From NCBI RefSeq assembly GCF_964204645.1, contig NC_134034.1, positions 9,250,962 through 9,314,961 on the forward strand: 64,000 nucleotides of DNA. The letters run 5' to 3'. Made by a program: the position numbers and the translations under genes. How positions within the stretch are numbered: position 1 is the first letter of the stretch; each line of letters starts with the position of its first letter. The DNA is from Tubulanus polymorphus. Taxonomy: Eukaryota > Animalia > Nemertea. Shown here piece by piece: positions 36,511-48,329 of this stretch. Below the pieces are notes generated by a model. The model was not told the origin of the DNA. It searched no databases and saw only the letters and a program-made list of their open reading frames with translations.

Positions 36511-38022
36511 CAGAAACTCGGAATTTATACCTAAAACGTCACTTGCGAAATTAAAAGGGCGATGATTTCAGGTCAGAAACTCGGAAAATACCTAAAAAGT
36601 CACTTGCGAAATTCATTTCAACTCAGAAACTCGGAATTTACCTACAAAATCACTTGCGAAATTAAAAGGGTGATCATTTCAGCTCAAAAACTCGGAAAAT
36701 GCCTCAAAAGTCACTTGCGAAATTAAAAGGGCGATGATTTCAGGTCAGAAACTCGGAAAATACCTAAAAAGTCACTTGAGAAATTTATTTCAACTCAGAA
36801 ACTCGGAATTTACCTACAAAATCACTTGCGAAATTAAAAGGGCGATCATTTCAGCTCAAAAACTCGGAAAATTCCTAAAAAGTCACTTGCAAAATTAAAA
36901 GGGCGATTATTTCAGGTCAGAAACTCGCAATTTAGCTACAAAGTCACTTCCAAAATTAAAAGAGCGATCATTTGAGGTCAGAAACTCGGAATTTACCTAA
37001 AACGTCACTTGCGAAATTAAAAGGGCGATGATTTCAGCTCAGAAACTCGGAATTTAAACTCGCTAAAAAGTCACTTGCGAAATAAAAGGGCGATCATTTC
37101 AGCTCAGAAACTCGGAATTTACCAAAAAAGTCACTTGCGAAATTAAAAGGGCGATGATTTCAGGTCAGAAACTCGGAAAATACCTAAAAAGTCACTTGCG
37201 AAATTCATTTCAACTCAGAAACTCGGAATTTACCTACAAAATCACTTGCGAAATTAAAAGGGTGATCATTTCAGCTCAAAAACTCGGAAAATGCCTCGAA
37301 AGTCACTTGCGAAATTAAAAGGGCGATGATTTCAGGTCAGAAACTCGGAAAATACCTAAAAAGTCACTTGAGAAATTTATTTCAACTCAGAAACTCGGAA
37401 TTTACCTACAAAATCACTTGCGAAATTAAAAGGGCGATCATTTCAGCTCAAAAACTCGGAAAATTCCTAAAAAGTAACTTGCGAAATTAAAAGGGCGATT
37501 ATTTCAGGTCAGAAACTCGCAATTTAGCTACAAAGTCACTTCCAAAATTAAAAGAGCGATCATTTGAGGTCAGAAACTCGGAATTTACCTAAAACGTCAC
37601 ATGCGAAATTAAAAGGGCGATGATTTCAGGTCAGAAACTCGGAACTTAAACTCGCTAAAAAGTCTCTTGCGAAAATAAAAGGGCGATCATTTCAGCTCAG
37701 AAACTCGGAATTTAAACTCGCTAAAAAGTCACTTGCGAAAATAAAAGGGCGATCATTTCAGCTCAGAAACTCGGAATTTACCAAGAAAGTCACTTGCGAA
37801 ATTAAAAGAGCGATCATTTCAGCTCAGAAACTCGGAATTTACCTACAAAATCACTTGGGAAATTAAAAGGGCGATGATTTCAGGTCAGAAACTCGGAACT
37901 TACCTAAAAAGTCACTTGCGAAATTAAAAGGGCGATCATTTCAGGTCAGAAACTCGGAAAATACCTAAAAAGTCACTTGCGGAAATAAAAGAGTGATGAT
38001 TTCAACTCAGAACACAGAATTT
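36511..38022. repeat. Satellite of 61/50-bp monomers with higher-order structure; degenerate copies from about 36050
   Basis: Monomer AGAAACTCGGAATTTACCTAAAAAGTCACTTGCGAAATTAAAAGGGCGATGATTTCAGGTC, about 25 copies. Confidence 0.95.
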
Positions 38023-40547
38023 ACGTAGTCGGATACTCGCTTATATCACGATATCACATGAATACTGATGGTCCAGAATTTTCTACTCGTTTCTCTTTCC
38101 TGTTCCTAACCCTTTTTTCTGGCTGTAAATCGATGATACATGTCGACAGTCGTTATTCTAGTTGTGAGAGGGTATATTGGAAAAAATAAACCCGAAATAT
38201 TTCAGTGTTTTTAATCATTACTTGTAGATATGGATTAAATTTTTCCGTTTACAGAAATTAATTGGAAGTCGTAGTTTTTGGAAACGGCTGGAAATCGGAA
38301 TTTTTCGAAGTCGAAGGATTTGTCTTGGTCCCAAAAGATCCAACTTACGCAATGCTTTTAAACTTCGGATAAACCGTCGAAATCACTTTTCAATTTTAAA
38401 ACTAGTTATTCATAGCTCAAGAAGTCGGAAGAAACCCCACTTCATCTCTCCTTACAGATTCGGATTTGGCACTGGAAATTATTTTTTAAAATATGTTTTA
38501 GCTACCCCACTAAACAACGAGTCAATGTTTAATGGATGGCTTTTAAATCTTTTTTTTTAGTATTTCTAAATTTTGATACTATGTACGTTGCGCTCATCTT
38601 AATCACTATTCTAAACATTTAGGCTAAGTAACATCACGATGTGAATGAATTACATGTCATATTATGATTGAAACAATAAAAATGAATTCATGCTTCAGAA
38701 TATTTCGTATTGGGGCTTACGTCGCGTACTTCAGTAATTATCATTAAATGATATGATAGAATGCCAGAAAAATGTATGTGTAGGGCTGCTACAGGTTATT
38801 CATATGTTGGGCTCTGCATCAAAGATCTGGTCTGCAGCAGCAATTCGGGGGCCTCAAGATATTGCATTAGAAGCCTTGGCAGTACATAGGAATCGATCTG
38901 CAGTCTGGACCGACCACAATTCGATATTTTTCCTTCTATATATTTGAGATATTCGCCCAACGGTGTTGTCTTCCAGTCAAAACTATACATGCATAAACTA
39001 CTCAACTAAAATGTTGAATTAGTCACAGATTTCCACAGGTATATAACATGTGACAGTGCTAATGATTATTGAATATGAAGAAAATCATACATTGGATAAT
39101 ATAGCAGCAATATTACACAATTGGTTGTCACCAATTTTAATAGGGTAGACCTCGTACCTGCTAATACACCAGGGTCAGGGAAATCAATATAGGTTGGCAG
39201 GCTGTATGGTGCCGATGAAAAATTCAAGATGGCCAACATGGCTGTCATATTGGACATATCATCTAGCTGATAGATCACCATTTTCAATATTACCTCTTAC
39301 CTGTTCCAACTCATACACAAACCTTCAAGAAGATTTATTAAGACTTACCGGCTGTAGAGTGCTAACAAACCTAACAGAAGGGTGGTGCAGGAGGGTTAGA
39401 GATTTTATTACAACATTGAAAATTTGAAAGTTCAGATGAGAAACTATGCCTCTTTCGCAAGTTATTTTGTACGTGTCATACATTAGCAAAAATGGATTTC
39501 GGTAAAGCAAAAGCCCATAAAAATTATACAATGCCCCTAAGAAAGGCAACAAGACAACACATCGAAGTGTAATGAAAACGTTTAAAAAGAAACCTGATTC
39601 CATCTATGGACACTCCTAATCCTCGAATGGACATAAATGTTTGAATATTCAATACAAGTGCATACCTGCAAATGCAAATCAATCATACTAATTCACACAT
39701 GGAATCAAAATTAGAAGAAATTCCGTTGGCAGAACCATAGAGGAGAATCTTCAATGACATAACAAAATAGAGAATATTCTTTTTTTCAGAGTACATTTTT
39801 AAACGAGGGGTCCAGGAACACTATGCCTACTCGGAAAGTGGTATGCAATGCCCAAAAATCAGACAATTTCAATATTCTATGCCCCTTACACAGAAACCGA
39901 TGACCTTTGGAATTTACCACTAGAACTTGTCATGAGCTACAATTTTGCAATTATTGAACAAAATAAGCCCAGATATCAACGTAATATGAAAATACTACGT
40001 TATTTGGCTATTCAGCGCTCCCTGGTGACAATATACATAATCCAATGACCTTGAACCCCACCCAAATGATAGAACAGGTAATGAGGTACAATTGATTGCG
40101 GTTACTAAATTTTAAACGGATAGATACCAATATAAATGGACCAATTGAATATATTCAACAACTGCCCCTGATGGTGAGAAAAAGAACTGGGCGATCCCAA
40201 TTGCACATGAGGAGATGAAACCTATGACAGTGCTAATAATCATCAATTAGCAAGACTCAAATTTAACACCCGTTGAAATTTTCCTCAAAAAACATTTTTT
40301 CCACTTACGAATGAGTATTCATCACACTAAGATGGCCACCAACTGCATAATATTTGACTGATCAAAATATGTGGCTGATATGTTAATCCCTTCCCATATA
40401 ATACCAATCACAAATTTCAACGAAAAATGGCAAACCATTAGGAAGCTACAGGTCTTGCACATTCAAGCCAAAATAACCTTTTAGCACATAGAAAGGTTAC
40501 AGGATGGCCATCTTGTAAGCAATTGACCCAATTCTTCTAATGCTGAT

Positions 40548-40697
40548 GGGTACAGGGGGACACATATAGTTCAAGATAATTGATCGATTTGCTTGTAAAT
40601 TTTCATTGAAAAAATGTGTGAAGGGTACAGGGGGACACATATAGTTCAAGATAATTGATCGATTTGCTTCAAAATTTTCATTGAAAAAATGTGTGAA
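40548..40697. repeat. 75-bp tandem duplication
   Basis: GGGTACAGGGGGACACATATAGTTCAAG...GAAAAAATGTGTGAA occurs twice. Confidence 0.9.
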
Positions 40698-42344
40698 ATG
40701 CGGCGACTGTCATCTTGATTCCAACAGGCTCAGTTTTAGGACAGACAAGCGGATGATAAGTGAATGCAAAAGCCCACAGGGACTTAAGTCCCAGTTTAGC
40801 TAAAAATGAGAAAACCTTTTAACACTTACCATTTGTCATTTTTCAACATAACACTTACGGTACCAATTAACAGTTACCATATAACAAAGGGTTTATATCA
40901 TCAGGTCTTATCTAAATATCCGAAACCGCATAAAGTCTAATTTTATTTTGTAAAAACAATCTAATTTCAATTTTAGTCTTTTTAATATCTAAAAATATTC
41001 CCACGATTGAAGTAAATGACTGATTTTGAATACACTCTACTAAACATCACATAATGATTTCCACAACTTGCAGCCACCTTAAACAATCATCTGCATTGCT
41101 ATGAAGTTCAACCATTTGCTCCTCGGCTTTATCATGAGTGCTTCCATGAACCTCCATATATATTATTATGAGTGTCTCAGGAAGAAGCACAGGAAAAACA
41201 TAATCCATATTGGCCTACTGGAAGACACCATTATATTTCAAAATTTTATAGATGATACTCATGTACATGTATTTTCCTATGATTAGTCATACGTACCTTC
41301 ATGTGCATCTGACAATATATATCAGTTAAAAGTTTCACAATTAGGTCACACTGATTGTTGCTGTACAGTTGCGATGGTACCTAGTACGTCAAGTTCACTG
41401 TAAGAGATCCATTTAAACATGAACATATTAGATCAAAATCTACATGTAGTTACAGTGGAACCTCGCTATAACAAACGTAGACACAACATTCATCACATAT
41501 AAAGAACTAGCAAATGATCCTTCCAAAAATGGGCTTTATCATGATTGAATTGAAAAGTTTGCTTCTCATGGGTAATTTTTCATCTTAAAATTGGCCCCTT
41601 CTATTCATTTGATTGGTGGATACAACATGTTTTATTTGGAAGGTCAGTTGAGAAAGATATCCCTAAACTACCGTGACTTATACTGCAAGTGCAGCAGAAG
41701 TGCTATATTTTCGGGGTTTATGAGGCGTGAGCAACGTAATTGTTTCATTTACCAAGGTAACCTTTAGACTATTCAAACAGAAAGTTCGCGAAGATACAAA
41801 CATCGATATAACCTCCACTACTGACTGGCACTGTAGTTTGGTCAAGTGATACATTCAGCAAATATGGCCCATTATTCATACTTACACCTTTTCTCTCCTC
41901 CTGCTTTATGATCATCAAGATGTCGACATAAAAGCTGAAATCATAGTTCATATCACACAAGTTTAATATAATTGCTATCGGCAATGTATACTTATAACAT
42001 GCTAAGGGGATCTCTACTAATGTGATGTATTATTCAGAGTAATCAACAATTTTTTGAGATCACAATGGATCAAATCAATCAAATCAATCAAGCACCAGTC
42101 TCTATGCAAAAGGTCCAAACCTGTCAAAATATGGAGGAACAGAAGAGCAGTACGAAAAAGGTTGAAAAAAAATAATACTTAGCCTTGGAAAATGCTGCCT
42201 AGATATCCACGATTTTTATTTAGCAAATTAACCAAATCATCATCATTCAACTGCGAAACCTTTCTGTAAGAAAACAGAAGAAAATCAAATATATCTTTTG
42301 ACTAGGAAGATGTACTAAGTGGGCTTGCCATTTTGTGATTCTAA

Positions 42345-43670
42345 ACAAGTGCTAGATGACCCGGAGGTAGCGACGCGACTTGGGGTGGATTTGGCACCTG
42401 AACGTGTCTTGATTCACGACACCCATTGCCAGGAAGAAGCGTCTGAACTACCTGTTTTGGTGTGGTCATGCAAAACTAGATGCTCGCTGAGAAAGGACAG
42501 GTCTGTCACAGTGCGTAAGCCTCCCGAGGCCTTGAGCACTGTAAACAGTCTCGAGTTCCAGCCCAGAGAGGACTCGTCCGGTATCTGCTAACATGTTGTA
42601 GTAATAGTGTACATGTTCAATTCGTTAACAATCATTTAATCTCAATTCATTTACTGGTGAAGGGAGCACATTTCTCCCATTTGGCTGTGTAATTCTGAGG
42701 TTCTGGACGATCTCTTCCCATCGGCTGGATTTCCCTAATCAGCAAGGATCTTGCTGCCAGAATCATGTTGATTTGAGCCCTGACAGCCAGTAAAATCACA
42801 CGAGTCACCGACCTAGGAACTAGATAATTCTATTCATACTGGGTCGATAGGATGTTCTAACCCGTCGATAGGTCGCTCAGCCAGAGAGAGACACTTTCCC
42901 GGCTCGGGGGCCCGACTCCAGCAGGGGATAGGTAAACCCTGTCGGCCGGTCCTGGACCCGTATTTATCAATACACATCAGCTCGGCTGCCACCACAGATG
43001 ACTCGCCAAGAGCGTGAGCATCCTCCTTGGAGGCGGTATCTGAAGCCATGCACTTAGCCTGTTCCGCGGACTTACGAGGTTTAGGCATGGTGGCGCCATG
43101 TTTGCTGAAAACCTTTGGAATGAGCGTGTAAAACGGACTATCCGCCGGTGCTGAAAAGTTGAAACTGGTAGCGAACGAGCCCGAAGGCGGTCGGTCAAAC
43201 GTTAATGGTGAACAGGAAGTGGTCAATTCGGATGGTGGAATCCAAGGCGACGACTCCCTGGAACCCGGATGCGATAACTCTTGCTTCTCATCTTTCGCTC
43301 GGGAAAGTTCAGTTCAATCGACCTTTTCAACATCTTACCGATTTCCCTGAGTGATTCGCGGGCTCCTCTCCTACTGGCCGTCCATCAGTAGGGGAGCAAG
43401 CCGGCGATCCCTCATGGGATTCTCATAAGAAATCCAGCCATCCACCTCCCGTCACTCTCGCGACTACCGTACTAGATACCAGTAGTAAACAGAGCCAGTG
43501 CCCAAGTCTGTGCCGCTCTCGTCTCCGGCTCCTGTTGCCCATGCATCGTCTGATATCGTGTCAAGTTGCCAAGCCGGGCCAAGAGCTTGCTCGTCCGCTC
43601 GTCGCTCCCCTGAAGCATGTCGCCTGTTCGCCTCTCCTTGGCAAATCGAGAGTCGCCCTGGTTAAGAAAG
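42345..43670 (-). mobile_element. Degenerate DIRS-like retrotransposon fragment (RT N-terminus and upstream gag-like region)
   Basis: Minus-strand GWNSRLFTVLKASGGLRTVTDLSFL and IHPKSRRYLRV at 42345-42590; GC-rich block. Confidence 0.65.
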
Positions 43671-43689
43671 TCTTAATTCCATGCGTTGA

Positions 43690-44519
43690 TTATAAACAAC
43701 AATAGTGAGTATAAATATAAATGAAACTTAAAGTCAGTAGTAAAAAGAAAGACAAACTAGGGGGCACTTAAAACAAAGGTGAATACAAGTTAAGTCAGAG
43801 ACGAAATTGATGAGAGAACAAATAACAAATAATCAAAGGGGAAATCAAGTGTTGAGTTTAACCAGTTTACAGAGGAATTTTGATATAAGTTTATTATGGG
43901 GTGAAAAACCATTGTTAAGGTTTACAACGTTGTTCGAATTTTCAATAATTAATGCAGATTCCAAAATATGTCTTCTAGTTTTATCGCTGCAAGGGTAAAC
44001 TAATTCAGCATTAGCAAAATCAAAATTGTGTGAAGTCTGAAAAACATGACTAGCAACTCCGCTTTCAGGTTTAAAGTTTTTTACATCTAATTTATGCTCT
44101 TTTATGCGTTGATTAAGATTCCGACCTGTTTCTCCTATATATACTTTGTCGCAAACTTTACAAGGTATTTTATAAATTCCACAGTTTAGGGATTCGGTTT
44201 TCGGTTTGTTGTTAATCAATATGTTACTAAGTTTATTATTGTATTTAAAGATGAGTTGTTTATTTAGTGACCGAAGAGAAACTTTAGAATTCTCGAGGAA
44301 AGGTACATACGGTACAATGATAGGCTGTTTATCGGTAGCCAACGTAGGAGTTCTAAGGTTGTTATTTCTAAAATGCGTAGTACGAGCTTTAAGTAGAGCT
44401 TTTTTCAATAGGAAATCGGGGTAGGCAAGTTTTTTGAGAGATTGGTTAATATGGTGAATTTCATCGGGTAGAAATGAGGGGTCGCAAATTCTCAAAGCGC
44501 GAAGAAATAATCCTTGAGC
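43690..44519 (-). mobile_element. 5'-truncated Penelope-like element (Penelope/Poseidon type) with GIY-YIG ORF 43845-44519
   Basis: RALRICDP...IIVPYVP...CGIYKIPCKVCDKVYIGETGRNLNQRIKEH...ILESALI...NLNNG. Confidence 0.9.
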
Positions 44520-45322
44520 TAAACCGAGTTTAATATCCGGAGAAGTAAAAGAGAAGTAATGGATGATAATGATGATATATAGGCTTTTATACTGTGCTCC
44601 ATATACATTTCAGCAATGTTTACAAGGCAATGAAAATCTATACATACAATACAAAAATCTTGTTTGGAAATTTCCTCCATCACTTGCTTCTTCTCAGTAG
44701 GCTTAACAGCTAACATTTGGATCCAAGAAAGCATGAATTCCGAAGATTCACTATTCCATGAGGGGCTGACATATTAACTGAAAGAACAGAGGAAGTATCA
44801 TATTATAGGCATAATTGTCGGTGGTCGGGAAATGTTTGCCAAAAATCTACCAATCAAATAAATTCAAGAGGGTCTAACAAAATCACCAATGCAGTAATGT
44901 GAAAATCGACGGGTTCTTTTCTATTAATGTATATTTCAACTTGACTTGAGAGCATACCCGCTCAGTCAGTTTTGGTAGTATACGTGATAAAAGTCTTATG
45001 GCTCAAGTCCATAGTTTAGCATTATATAGTTCCATTCCAACAAAGACTAATCACATCGGACTGGTATTTGAAATTAATCCGCCAATATCTGACTGATTGA
45101 ATCTTACGACATAGGCCTAACGCTTTAGGGATGTACGGACAGACCAGCAAATCCGTGCGTGGATTGCCCTTACTTAAAGTGGCTTGGATCGAGGTGCTGT
45201 GTGACGCGTGGATAACCTTTATGTAAAGTGGCTGGGGTGTAGGGGCTGTGTGGTGCGAGAATTACCCTTATATGCAGTGGCTGGGATCGAGGTGCTGTGT
45301 GACGCGTGGATTACCCTTATAT

Positions 45323-45348
45323 CAGGGAAGTGTGATCACACTTCCCTG
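45323..45348. mobile_element. 26-bp palindromic mini-element with a 7-bp TSD
   Basis: CTTATAT|CAGGGAAGTGTGATCACACTTCCCTG|CTTATAT. Confidence 0.75.
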
Positions 45349-45579
45349 CTTATATGAAGTGGCTAGGATCGAGGGACAGGGTTTTTCCCTGGATTACCCG
45401 TGGCTGGATCGAGGGACTATGAGTATGTCGGTTTGTCAGTATGTCAGCAAAAAACGCAACTTTGTAGCCGAATAACTCTTTGAAAGATTTTTTGTTATAT
45501 GCCAGTTTGTCGGTATGTTGGTAGAAAGCTGAGTGCACGGCCGAATTACTCATTTTTTTAAATGTATCTTTGAGTGAAC

Positions 45580-45955
45580 TAGTCCACGCTAACCTGGACT
45601 TGAACAGGTCTTATTAGGACCAGAAGACTGGCCATTGACCTAAAACATATGATTTTTAATCCATTTTGAACTGTATTGTAGGATATCAAAAAAGTCTTCA
45701 TTGAATGGGTTTGAAAAGAAAAAAATTGACTCGAACGTTTCCATGCCTATATACCAAACTTCCGTTGGTAGGCGTGGAAACATATTGTTAAACGTTCACA
45801 TCATGGAGTCTCTTTCCTCATTTTAACCCCTTTCAATGCAGACATTTTTAGATATCCTTCAATAAAGTGAAGGGTGGATTTAAACTCGATGTTTTACGTT
45901 CACTGCCAGTCCTTTCTGGTTCTAATAAGACCTTTACCAAAACTGACTGAACTAG
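45580..45955. mobile_element. Fold-back MITE
   Basis: AGGTCTTATTAGGACCAGAA / TTCTGGTTCTAATAAGACCT, with further nested complementary blocks. Confidence 0.6.
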
Positions 45956-45989
45956 GCCACCTGATGTGCTCTCAAGTTAAATTTTTAAA

Positions 45990-46450
45990 TAGGGCGGGTG
46001 ATATTTTGCCAATGGCTCGTTCTGATTAGCCTATTGACACTGCGCATGCGCACTGAGGTGGACGACTTAGAAAATTCAAGGAAAGTGTGGAGAAAACTGT
46101 TACCTAGAGAAAATATGAGCATGAGCAGGATTCGAACCCGGACCAGCAAATTGCGAGCGTAACGTATTTCCACTAGACCCACCGAGGTTTTCGCAATCCA
46201 GCTTTCGCAATCAAGTTTTGACAACATATAGCCTCACCTTACCCTAACCCTATCCCTAGGGGTAAAACGGACCCTAATAAAAACCTCATCCTTACTTGGA
46301 CCCTATAACCCTATCGAAACCCTAACCCTAAACATAAGATTATATTTTACGTCGTATGTCTTATAAGTAGGCCTATATCTTATTATATTTAGCCATTGGC
46401 AAAATAGCGTTTACTAAAATAATACCGCCGCATTGGCAAAATATCCACCT
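45990..46450 (-). mobile_element. Non-autonomous element with short inverted repeats, a tRNA-like head and CCCTAA-like repeats
   Basis: GATATTTTGCCAATGGCT (about 46000) versus AGCCATTGGCAAAATA (46391) and CATTGGCAAAATATC (46431). Minus-strand A box TCTAGTGG and B box GGTTCGAATCC at 46124-46185. Confidence 0.5.
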
Positions 46451-46555
46451 CCAACCATAGTTCTATGCTCCAACCAAAAAAACTGACGACGGACTGGAGT
46501 TCGCCGTTGTGACGAGTGAGAGAGCAAATTAATATTTGGCTACTACAACCACAAT

Positions 46556-47887
46556 AGTAATAGGGAAAAGCTCGTAAAAAATAAAAATAAATTCTCGCAA
46601 GCTCGAATTTATTTTTATTTTTTACTCACTCGCCCCTTCAACCTTTGACCTGAACCCCTATTATCCCTATTCTCTTAAAATATTCATGTTTTAAAAGTGA
46701 GAGTAAAATGTTAGCATAATAATCTAGAAAGATAAGATCAAATATAGATTTCAGCAATAAAAAATCAATTTTAAACATAAAAAGTCTGAGTAAAGTGTGA
46801 GTAAAATAATTCATATTTAAAACATTGAATATTTATATTTATATGAGTTAAATTCTTATTTTTAACATAAAAATTTTGTGAGTAAAGTGTGAGTGAAATA
46901 ATTCATATTTAAAACAGCGAATATTTATATTTGAATGAGTTTTGATAAAAATTTTGTTATAAAAATGAAGAAAGAAGAAGAAGAACCTCAATTCAAAATC
47001 GAAATCAATGAAGCCAATAAATTATTTTCACAGTTTAACATTAGAAATTATATTTCAGCAACAAATTAAGTGTCCGCAAGACATTATAAAATTGATAACA
47101 TTACTATGATTAATCAAATATAATCAAATGAAACATATTTAATTACTGAACTAGTAGATACTTTTGATAATGGAATCAAAAATCCTAAAATATTCAACAC
47201 AGTTTTAAATTTTAAAGGAACTTTAGATGAAAACATAATAAATATTCTTAAAATTCCTTTCAATGAAAGAAAAAGTGATATAATACTTTCAAAAGATTAT
47301 AATGATTTGATTAACTTAAGAATTGAAAAAAGACAATTATATTTTTTCAATTTTGATAATAAACAAATTATCTTTAATGAAAATTCATCAACTATTGGAA
47401 TTCAATGTGAATTAGATAATGAAAAATCATTCAAAGATGTTGCAGTTCAATGTAATTTAGATGATGAATTTAGAAAATTCAATCCTAATGAAAAAGTGTA
47501 TTGTGATTGTGGAGGTAAATATTTAAAATCACATAAATCAAAACATTATCAAACAGTTAAACATATCGAATATGAAAAGAATAATAAATATATATTGAAA
47601 TAAGATTAAGCTGTATGTTTCAAATATCATAACTCAAAAATAATAATTCAACTCTAAATATTCAAAATAAGATATTTCAAATTACTTTTGATTTTTTCTT
47701 AAATAAATGGATGGTTTCAGCATTCCTATTGGGAAAAGTGATTTAAAACATTATCTTGTAGCAGGAGATATTTAAAATTCTTTAATAATAATTCTCTAAT
47801 TATTATAAATATTCAATGTTTTGAATATATAGTAAAAAATAAAAATAAATTCGAGCGTGCGAGAATTTATTTTTATTTTTTACGAGC
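46556..47887 (+). mobile_element. 1.3-kb internally deleted copy of the hairpin-ended virus-like element, both ends present
   Basis: Left end AGTAATAGGG plus hairpin; inverted hairpin core at 47832-47887; flanked by the direct repeat CCACAAT. Confidence 0.8.
46965..47603 (+). pseudogene. Virus-like ORF with C-terminal CxCGG...H...H zinc finger; two in-frame stops
   Basis: TAAAAATG start in frame with ORF 47307-47603, which ends VYCDCGGKYLKSHKSKHYQTVKH. Confidence 0.6.
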
Positions 47888-48329
47888 CCACAATATTGAA
47901 TGAAATAATGTCCACCCCCTCATGTCAAGTTTAAATGTAGAATGAATGGTGTGAATTTTAGTTAATTAAAGATTTCATATCGATATGAGCTTACTGTTTT
48001 GATCAGTTCAAAAACCTGGTGAGAAAAGGATAAATTCGAGCCTCGACTATTTTTGCACCGGTAGCTGGCGCCATCTAACTAACTAACACATCAGCGTTTC
48101 AGTCGTAGCGGATTTTAGCGGATCGTAGCGGATTTAAATAACGGTATTTCAAACAAAGCGTCAATCTCGGTGTTAATTTGTAAATAACTATCACTAATAA
48201 CCATCCATGGGCCCTGGGATCGCACGCGGCCCGCCCTGGGATCGCATGTCGTCCCTGTGATCTCAGCGGTACCACCCTGCATAACTTCTAAAGTCCCTGG
48301 TCTTCATTAGAGCCCTTTTTTGACATAAC

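Larger units (their letters stand above)
38796..44772 (-). pseudogene. Decayed multi-exon USP (peptidase C19)-like gene interrupted by retroelements; 3' limit uncertain
   Basis: MSAPHGIVNLRNSCFL at 44772-44724 (Cys box-like); exon 41297-41398 ends FN*YILSDAHE|gt (DAHE box); no clear His box. Confidence 0.4.

Noticed and set aside
3105-47887. Parvovirus-like flip/flop loop isomers
   Set aside because: Read inward from each terminus, all four loops have the same orientation.
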